Origin: Carcharhinus longimanus
Lineage: Eukaryota
Reading direction: 5' to 3'
Length of the DNA stretch: 62,724 nucleotides
NCBI GenBank assembly: GCA_030264375.1
Contig: JASCQW010000032.1
Span: forward strand, 6,716,083 to 6,778,806
In this document: positions 54,018 to 62,724 of the stretch, piece by piece
Position numbering within the stretch: the stretch's first letter is position 1
Layout of the letters: each line of letters starts with the position of its first letter
Translations under genes and position numbers: made by a program
Notes under the pieces: generated by a model
Database searches by the model: none
The model's input: only the letters and a program-made list of their open reading frames with translations
Told to the model about the DNA's origin: nothing

Positions 54018-56750
54018 ATAAGACCACAAGAACTAGGAACAGGAGTAGGTCATTCAGCCCCTCAAGCCTACTCCACCATTCAATAGGATCATGGCTGATC
54101 TAACATTCCTCATGTCTACTTTTCTGCCTTTTCTCCATAACCCTTGATTTGCTTACTGGTCAAGAATTAATCTACCTCAACCTTAATATACACAAGGACT
54201 CTGCCCCCACAGTTCTCTATGGCAAAAGGTTCCAAATTTTCAGTCAGGAAATTCTTCCTCAGTTCAGTCTTAAATTGGCACCTGTTTATTCTGAGGTAAT
54301 GCCCTCTGGTCCTAGACTCTTCCATGAGGGGAAACATCCTCTCAGCATTTATCATGTCAAGGCCCTTAAGATTCCTATATGTTTCATTGAGATCACCTCT
54401 CATTCTTCTAAATTCCAATGAGTAGGATTCCAACCTGTTTAACCTCTACTCACGAGGCAATCCCTCCACAACGGGGATCATCCTAGTGAACCTTCTCTGG
54501 ATGGTTTTTAAAGAAACAATACATTTCCTTAAATAAGGGGAACAAAACTGTCCACAGTACTCCAGGTGTGGCTTCACCAGTACCATGCACAGCTGCAGCA
54601 AGACTTCTCCACTTATATTCTAACCCCTCTGAAATAAGGGCCAACTTTCCATAAGCCTTCCTGATTNNNNNNNNNNNNNNNNNNNNNNNNNNNNNNNNNN
54701 NNNNNNNNNNNNNNNNTGTGCCAGCTTTCTGCAGTTTTTTTTTTCCCCAATCAAGTAATACTGTTCCTTTCCAAAATGAACAATTTCACATTTTCCCACA
54801 TTGCACATCATTTGCCAACTTTTTGCCCACTTACTTAACCTATCAATATCTCTTTGCAACCTGTTCGTATCCGTCTTGTAATTGTCTTTCCACTTATTCA
54901 CGTGATCTGCAAATTTGGCTATATTACACAGCGCTTCCTTCCTTCAGGTCATTAACGTATATTGTGATAGTTTCTGTCCCAGCACAAATCCCTGTGGAAC
55001 CTCAGTGGTTACAGGCAACCAACCTGAAAAATAATCCCTTACCCCCACTCACTGTTCCCTACCCTTTGATCAATTCTCTATCCATGCCAGCATTCTACCT
55101 CCAACACATGGGCTCTTATCTTATGCCTTAACCTTTTGTGTATTACCTTGTTGAATGTCTTCTTGAAGTCCAAATACAACACATCAACTGGTTCCTCTCT
55201 ATCCATGTTGGTTGAGACTTCCTCAAGAAACTCTAATAAATTAGTCAAACATGATTTTCCTTTCATGAAGTCATGCTGGCTCTGCTTGATTAGATTATGA
55301 TTTTCCAAATGTGCTATTATTACCTTAATAATTAATTCCAATAGATGTTAGGCTAATCTGCCCATAGTTATTGCCTCCTTCCATTTTTGAGGACGGCTGT
55401 TGAATATTGACAGCTTTCCAATCCTCCAGTACCTTTCCCAGAATCCAAGATTTTTGGAAAATTATAACCAATGCATCCACTATTTCTGTAGTTATTTCTT
55501 TTAGGATCCTAGGATGCAAGCCACCAGGGCCAAGTGATGTATCTGCACTAGTAATGGAAATAGTATTTACTTCCTTCCCTGTATTATTTAGTATTAATGG
55601 GATATCTGAAGCATCTTCCATTGTAAAGATTGATGCAAAATATCTGTTGAACTACTGTCATTTCCTTGCTCCCCATAAACTATCTCCCCAAATTCATTTT
55701 CTAAGGGGCCTATGTTCACTCTTACCTTTTTCTTTCTTTTTATGTATTTAAAGAAGCTATTGTTGTCAGCTTTTATATTCCTTGCTAGTTTTCCCCTGAA
55801 GTTTATTTTCTCACTATTATCTTTTTAGTCCTACTTTGCTGGATTCTGAATTTATCCATCTTCTTTCACTCGTCTTTGGGGCTATCACTGACTTTTGCCT
55901 CCTTATATACTTTCTCTTTTAATTTAATACTCTCCTCAATATCCTTGGTTAGCCTTTGTGGCTTTATGCCTCTCTTAGGATCTTTCTTTCTTACTGAGAC
56001 ATGTTTGCGGAGAGCAATAAATTAATTCCTTGAATGTCTGCCACTGCTTGCTTGTCTTTCCTGTTAATCTGTCTGCCCAATCCACTTCAGTTAACCTATC
56101 CTCATTTCATTGCGATTCCCTTTACTTAAGTTAAACATACTGGTTCCAGATCTAAGTTTCTCTCTCAAACTAAATATTAAATTCTATTATGTTATGATCA
56201 CTACTTTCTAGGGGATCTTCATTAAACCTGCCTCATTACCCAATACCAGATCCAAAATAGCCTGTTTTCTGGTTGGCTCCATGACATATTGCTCTAGGAA
56301 ACTATCCCTAATGCACTCTCTGAATTCATTGTCGTGGCTACCTCTCCAACTTGATTAATCCAATTAACATGTAAAGTCACTCATATTTATTACTCTATTC
56401 TTTCAACATGCTCATATTATTTGTTGATTTATATTCTTACATACAGTGAGGCTACTGTTGGAGGTCTATACACTGTTCCTACCAATATCTTCTTTCTCTT
56501 GTTTTTTTTTACCTCCACCCAAGTGGACTCTACATCATCATCTCTCAAAACTGTCCTCATTTCAGCTATTAACAATGCTACCCACCATCTTTTTTTTCCT
56601 TCCTGTCTTTCCAAAAGGTCAAATATTCTTGAAAATTAAGTTCCCAGTTTTGATCTTTTAACCATGTCTCCGTAATGGCTACGATATCATATCAATTTAC
56701 CATGATTTGCCCCATCAGTTTGTCTACCTTATTCCAAATGCTGTGTGTTA
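54018..56750 (-). mobile_element. Long degenerate CR1/HER1 LINE (EN + RT + 3' tail)
   Basis: ILVGTVYRPP (endonuclease); GLHPRILKE; GKSCLTNLLEF...VDVLYLDFKKTF; LQRDIDRLSKWAKSWQM; YSLEFRRMRGDL. Confidence 0.92.
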
Positions 56751-57589
56751 CATCACAAAGTCTTAAGGCTTGCCTCTTTTAATAATTCTAACTTTTCTGT
56801 GGCGCTTATTTGCCTCTCGCACTCGACTACCTTGTCAACCATTTTTGTGTTTTAATTTTGTCATTGTTTCTTTTTCTCTTGCCACCCTGTACCGGCAATC
56901 AAAGGTCCTTACATCTCAGAACTTGGGTATTGAATCCCAAAATTGTTCAACATTTCATGGCATCTCTGAAGTGTTTTGTAGTTAAAATTCAGAGATAAAG
57001 ATCAACGTATCTATCTGTTACTGCTGCACTCTGGTCTTTGCTTTGAGGACTATTATTTGCTAAGCCTTTGAAATGGCTCATAGCGAAAAGCATTGCTCGG
57101 AATTTGTATCTGTTCATATGCTAGTTGCTCAATGGAGAGTAAATGGAATACAGATCCAATGTGGCTACTGTACTTCTAGATTGATTTCACACCAAAGGAT
57201 GTCTTGCGTTACTAAAACTAAATTATAGAATCTCAAGATTGGTATGGTGCAGGCGGTGGCCATTTGACCCATCATGTCTGCACCACTCTTCAAAAGAAGA
57301 TGATGACTTTGTTCCATTCTTCTGCCTTTTATTTGTAATTCTGCACATTGTTTCTATTTACATATTTAGCTAATACCCTCTTGAATGCCTCCCATGAACC
57401 AGAGTTCACACATGGACAGTACATTCCAGATCCCAACCACTTGTTGCATGCAATAGTTTTGTCTCACATTGCGTGTGTTGCAAATCACTTTGAATCCGTG
57501 TCCTCTCATTCTCAATTCTTTTAAGAGCAGGAACAGTTTCTCGCCATCTCCTTTTGTCTTCCTGTGGCTCCTTCATGCCACACTCAGTA

Positions 57590-58500
57590 GATGGTGCCTT
57601 GATGTTGAAGGCAGCCAAGATCATCTCACCTCTAGCATTCAGCTCCCATCCATATTTGGACCAAGGTTTTACTGGGTTCCACAGTCTGCAGGACCCAAAC
57701 TAAGCATGGGTAGTTGGCAATTGGTGGATAACTGCCACTTGACCGCATTGTTGACAACACTTGCATGCCTTTTCCTATGGTTGGGACAAAACTGACGAAG
57801 TGATATTTAGCTAGGGTAGATTTGTCCTGTTTTTTTGTGCATAGTATATACCTGGACAATTTTCTACTGCTGTGCCGTATGCTATACTGGAACAGCTTGT
57901 TCAGTGTGGCTGGTTCTGGAATACAGATCTTCAGTACCTGTAACCTTTGCAATGCTGAGTGCACATAGCTGCTCCTTGATGATATGAATTAAGCAGAATT
58001 TGTTACTGATATCTGCAATGGAAACTCAAAAAAGACGAAGATCACCCATATCCCCCATAAACACTTCTAACTGAAAATCAAAGCAAATGATTCAGCCTTA
58101 CATTTTGCTTCCCCATTCTTAAAAGGGATTTTTTTCAGAGCTTTGATATAGTCCGTTGGCTGTGAGATCATTTAGTTCTGTCAATAGCATGCTGCTGTTC
58201 AGCAAACATGTGTAGCTTCGTTGGGTTTACACCTCAATATCAGGTAGTCCTGTTGTTACTTTTGGCTTGCTGTTCTAGACTCCTTGTTGAACCAGGATTA
58301 AGTGTTAGTTTGATGTTGACAAAGTAGTAAAGAATATGTCAGGGCGTAAGTTACAGATTGGGGTGGAATAAAATTCCACCCCAATCTGTGGGAGTGCCGC
58401 ACAGAATGGACCATGTCCCACGATGGGGCATGGTGGCCACAAGGTTGTGTTCATTCCTACCAATTCTGTCATGGAAAATTGTATCTGCAGCAGTAGCTTT
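57590..58500 (-). mobile_element. Old non-LTR retroelement fragment, probably related to 46490-48290
   Basis: Approximate reverse-complement similarity (ccttgttgaaccagga vs ctctggttcaatgagg; tctgcagcagtag vs ctacctgccacaga). Confidence 0.5.
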
Positions 58501-61034
58501 GCCACATACTAGCCATTTAAACTAAGTTAGCACCACCTAAAGGGACACCTGCTGCAGAGAATTCTCACTCAGGCATCCAAAAACCAGTAGTTAGCTATAT
58601 TAACTTGAATTTTTCAGAACTATTGAGATTATGAATTACAATTGGTAAAGAACTCATGGCCTAAGCTAAGTGACACCAGTGGTTTTGCAACACGAATCTG
58701 AATTGCAAGTTTCTCTGACTCCAGAACAAAGCATGCATCTGTCAAGGTTATGGTGCACAGTATGTTTAACCTACAGAAAAGTGACCAGCTTAAACATTGC
58801 TTTCAGATTTTACTTTTTGTTCCAAACATATCCCTGAGGGCCTTGAGCTTCGGTGTTGATTTTTCTTCTCAGGATTTGGTGGGAGAGAGAGGTGCAATTT
58901 ACATGCATCCGATGCTTTTTTACTGGGTATGAGTGGCCATTGTTCATCAACAGTGCATCTGAATGTGCCATTCAACTGTAGGATAATCAACAGTTGAGTC
59001 TAGTCTTGCTTTCACCTATGTACATAATTCTGATGAGACCACTTTATTGAAATGATGTGGTCCATCAGAAGTCATATCCACCACAAAATATCCTGTAGAT
59101 AGGAGCGCAGAATCTAAATACTGTGATCTTTGTCCTGACTTCCATTTTTGTTCACAGCCCTGTGCAGGCCAAGGTAAAATACACCTCAAAGTGGAAGCTT
59201 TATACTATGGTGAAGATTCTCAGTCCTTATTTCCAGCTGTCAGCTGGAGGAGTGAATTTGTAATCAGCCAGACAATGGTGCATTTCTGCATTGGGAGGAA
59301 GAAAATTTCAAAAGGAACGCAATCAACAAATGAGTCCCTTACGTCGAGTGTAGAGCAGGCTTCATACTTTTGTATAACAGATAATTGGTGCCATTTGATT
59401 TAGATTTTTAAATTGAGGACTGGACTTCCACTGACTACCACAGCAAAGGACAAGCTTCAACTTATCCAACTTGTGTGAAAGCATAACCTAGAGTAATAAA
59501 GAATTTTAACAAATAGAAATTGACAACTAACCTTGGGAGATTAGAGAGATTTATCAGCAATGGGAAAGAAAAAACTAACGCCATAGTTCAGGAGCAGGAT
59601 CTAGCTGCAGCAAACTGCAGCAAGGAGAAGAAAATTATTTTGAAGAAAAGGGCGCTATTCCCCTTTTGAGGTGACGAGAAATACTGTACGTGCAAGTTCA
59701 GCTAATTTGGATGAATTAACATTTGACTTGAGTTGACTTCTGAGTTTAAGTAAAGATGCTGCATTCTTACAACTGCTGTCTCCATGTCACTATTGAATTT
59801 AATGGCATAATTTTCAATGCACTAACAGCGATTGTACAGCGCTTCTCCATTTAAAATTCTTTTGTTGTGAAATCAAACTGATTCAATTATCAATTAATAC
59901 TTCTGCCATTTAATAAAAAACGTTAATAAATCTTTTGATTGTCTAGGTGGCATGGAAGTGCGAAAGGAAGTGGGTTGAAGGCATGTGGCTTGGAATCAGT
60001 GACCACTGGTTCAAACAAAATGTTTCACCTTGCAATTCAGAGATGCTCCCTAATCCATCAGCTGAGACTGGTGCCAGCACAAAGGCGAGTGTTAGTGCTG
60101 CTTCACTGTGCAGCTGTTTGACTCAGCTGGGCTATTCAACTTAGTAAAACCCTCTTATTTAGAGCTGAACAGGTGTGCTGGAGAAAACTAAATCAGATCT
60201 TTATTTGGCAAAAAAGAGCTGCTTATAGATGTGATTCTATTTTTTAAAAAAGACAGCAAAGCAAAAATCACAAAATACTCTGCACAATATGTTGCACCTA
60301 CTTTGCCTTGCAAATCAAACCATAAGAAGCAAATGCAGTCTAAATTAAAACTTCGTGGTCTGCCGGGTTTAGCAAATTTGGCTTTTTTATACATCCAAAA
60401 TGGTCATCACCCTTAAAAATTAGTTTAACAGTGACAAATCCATAAACAAAAGCAACTCTCACCAATACATTGCTTTTTAATCTTTATCTCCTGTCCAAGT
60501 CTTGCCCTGCTTTCAAGGTGGTGATTTATTTCCAGGCCTGGTACATTTTGTTTAGACCAACTGAATTAAACTGAAGTCCATCACAACATAAGATGTATAA
60601 ACCGTAAACAGTGTTCTGCCTGATTTTTTCAGCATATTAATGCCAATAAGAAAATCCATGCTCAAATCCACATACTTAAATGTTGAGTCAACATTATTTT
60701 GTGTGATGCTTTATTTATCATCTGAAATTGCTCTCACCACTATAACTGCCAGTGCCAAGGTTGCAGTGGCGGGCATTGAATAGGTTACGCAAGGTAAAAT
60801 CTGGAATCAGTGTCTTGCTCTATTTTAATAATAATTTCCAGCATCATCCATCAATTAAATCAATGAAAACAGTTATTGTGCAGACTTCTAAAATTTTTAG
60901 ATGCCCATAATTACATCTTACTAAATCCTAGAAATAATATTCCATGATTTAGAAGTGATGCACACTCAATCAACTTAAGAAAATCAGTGACAATAATGAA
61001 GATAAACAGAACAAATACAAAAGAAGGAAGTACA

Positions 61035-61995
61035 ATAACCAGTCTTACTAGTTGACTGAGTTTTTGAATGAGTTAATAGCAATGATTGATGACAACAATG
61101 TGGTTGACATGGTACGTATGGACCTCCAAAAGGTACGTGATGAAGTGCCACAGATTAGCTTGTCAGCAAGTTGAAGCCCACTGAATAAAAGGAACAGTGG
61201 TGGCATGGATACAAAGTCAGCTGAGTGACAAGAGTGTGTAGTGGTAAAAAGATTACTTTTGGACTGCAGTAAGTTACAAAACGTCATAGATAAGTTGGTG
61301 GAATAGGTAGATACGAGACATGTGGAATTTAATGTAGAGTAGTAATACATTTTGATAACTAGGAAAGGCAATATCCATTAAAAGGTACAATTCTAAAGGG
61401 GTGCAGGAACAAAGGTATGTGCACACTAACTCTCTGAAAATGGGAGGGCAGGTTTAAAATGCAGTTAAAAGGTCCATGGGATCCTGAACTTTGTAAATAG
61501 AAGCATTGAATATAAATATAAGGAAGTTAGATGCACTACTGGCATGGCCTCATCTGGAGCACTGGATCCTGAGCACTGGACTTTAGGAAGGATGTAAAGA
61601 TTTTAGACAGGATGCAGAAAAAAAATAAGAAGGGTTTTAGGGATGAAGTACTTCAGTTACAAGAATAGATTGGAATAGCCGAAATAAAACTTGAAAATTA
61701 TGAGTAGGTAGGGAGAAACTGTTCTGTTTGGCGAAAGGGTAGGGACACAGACACAGTGATTGGCAAAAGAAGAAAACGTGAGTGGTTTGGACCTGGAATG
61801 CATTGCCTAAGAGGGTAATGGAGGCAGATTTAATCGTGATTTACAGAAATTAATTGGATAAGCAGCAAAGATTAAAATATTTTAGCATTATAGGAAGGGC
61901 AGGGGAGAGGGACGAACTGAATTGCTCTTGCAGAGAGCCAGCATGACTTGATGGACTGAATGGTTGCAGCACTGAAGGAGCCATTCTATGATTCT
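61035..61995 (+). mobile_element. Degenerate CR1 LINE (RT + 3' end)
   Basis: LVDxVF...VDMVRMDLQKVRDEVPQ-like RT remnant, plus the tail gagagccagcatgacttgatggactgaatgg...ccattctatgattct. Confidence 0.75.
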
Positions 61996-62700
61996 TGTCT
62001 ACAACATCTGTTGCAATGAACTTCAGTGACATACCTTAACCACTGGATTCCATTCAATACTGAAAGTTTTAAAAAGTTGAGATATTCAGATACACATGGT
62101 CCCTTTATAACAATGCAAGTTCAACATTTTTTATATTTCTATTACCTAAACAGGATACATTGTATAATATAACATTTATAGATCTAATAACCATTCACCC
62201 CTCACACAACTTTTACCTTTTATGCATTATGGAACTGGGTCATCTCATAGTGCAATATGGTATACTTCATTCAAAAACACATCTGCACCTGGATTTAAAT
62301 CTTGCAGTTAAATTCTAAAACTCATAACCGCAGTCGAATTATTTCAACCATCAATAAAACAAGAATAAAAGAAGCTATTGTATAAAGAGATGGTAACCAG
62401 CTATTGAATGCATCTTGCATTCCTCTTATGGGCCAACATTTCCAACTGTATATCCTCCTTTAGAAGAGAAAATTTCATTACGACAAATTGAGGACATATT
62501 TCATGATATAGTCATCTCACTTAGTTCATCACAATATGATTTCACCAGTACTGAAAAGCTTATTCAATGGCATCATGATGAAAAGCACCACCTATCGCAA
62601 AACAGCCTCTATTGCCAACTGGTGATCACCTCACCTGCAGTCATCGTCAGTGTGGGTACAATTGTCTTCTGATTGTGGGATGAGGAGAAAAGGACAGGAT

Positions 62701-62724
62701 ATAAGAACATAAGAAATAGGAGCA
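62701..62724 (-). mobile_element. 3' tail of a CR1/HER1 LINE continuing beyond the window
   Basis: ataagaacataagaaataggagca, matching the tail at about 9487. Confidence 0.75.

Noticed and set aside
44388-62724. Next upstream FAM117B exon (expected SRFRNSVEGLNQEIE-like peptide)
   Set aside because: I could not find it by eye on the - strand. It probably lies beyond the window, so it is not annotated.

Overview
Eukaryotic, AT-rich vertebrate genomic DNA, most likely an elasmobranch (shark), judged by HE1/V-SINEs, Deu-domain SINEs, CR1/HER1, Rex1-type LINEs and Penelope-like repeats. It comes from a gapped scaffold with nine N runs, nearly all inside repeats. Two spliced genes converge tail-to-tail. 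On the + strand are the last five coding exons of ICA1L (793-836, 4526-4627, 11437-11697, 13410-13520, 14458-14573). On the - strand are the last three coding exons of FAM117B (44165-44387, 42883-43003, 37225-37540). All reconstructed junctions are GT-AG and phase-compatible. The rest is intron, UTR and intergenic DNA dense in retroelement remnants, and most ORFs in the supplied track are spurious or transposon fragments. I found no convincing evidence of a wholly new biological system. The most notable features are: (1) a CpG-decayed tRNA-Arg(ACG) pseudogene; (2) a young Penelope-like insertion with 37-bp perfect inverted ends, a 14-bp target-site duplication and a possible hammerhead ribozyme hidden in a gap; (3) a Copia-order LTR relic; (4) a three-part Rex1 foldback; (5) inverted SINEs bracketing two FAM117B exons; and (6) a triple-nested insertion. 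Gene and repeat family assignments are from recalled sequence similarity, not database searches. Repeat boundaries are approximate.
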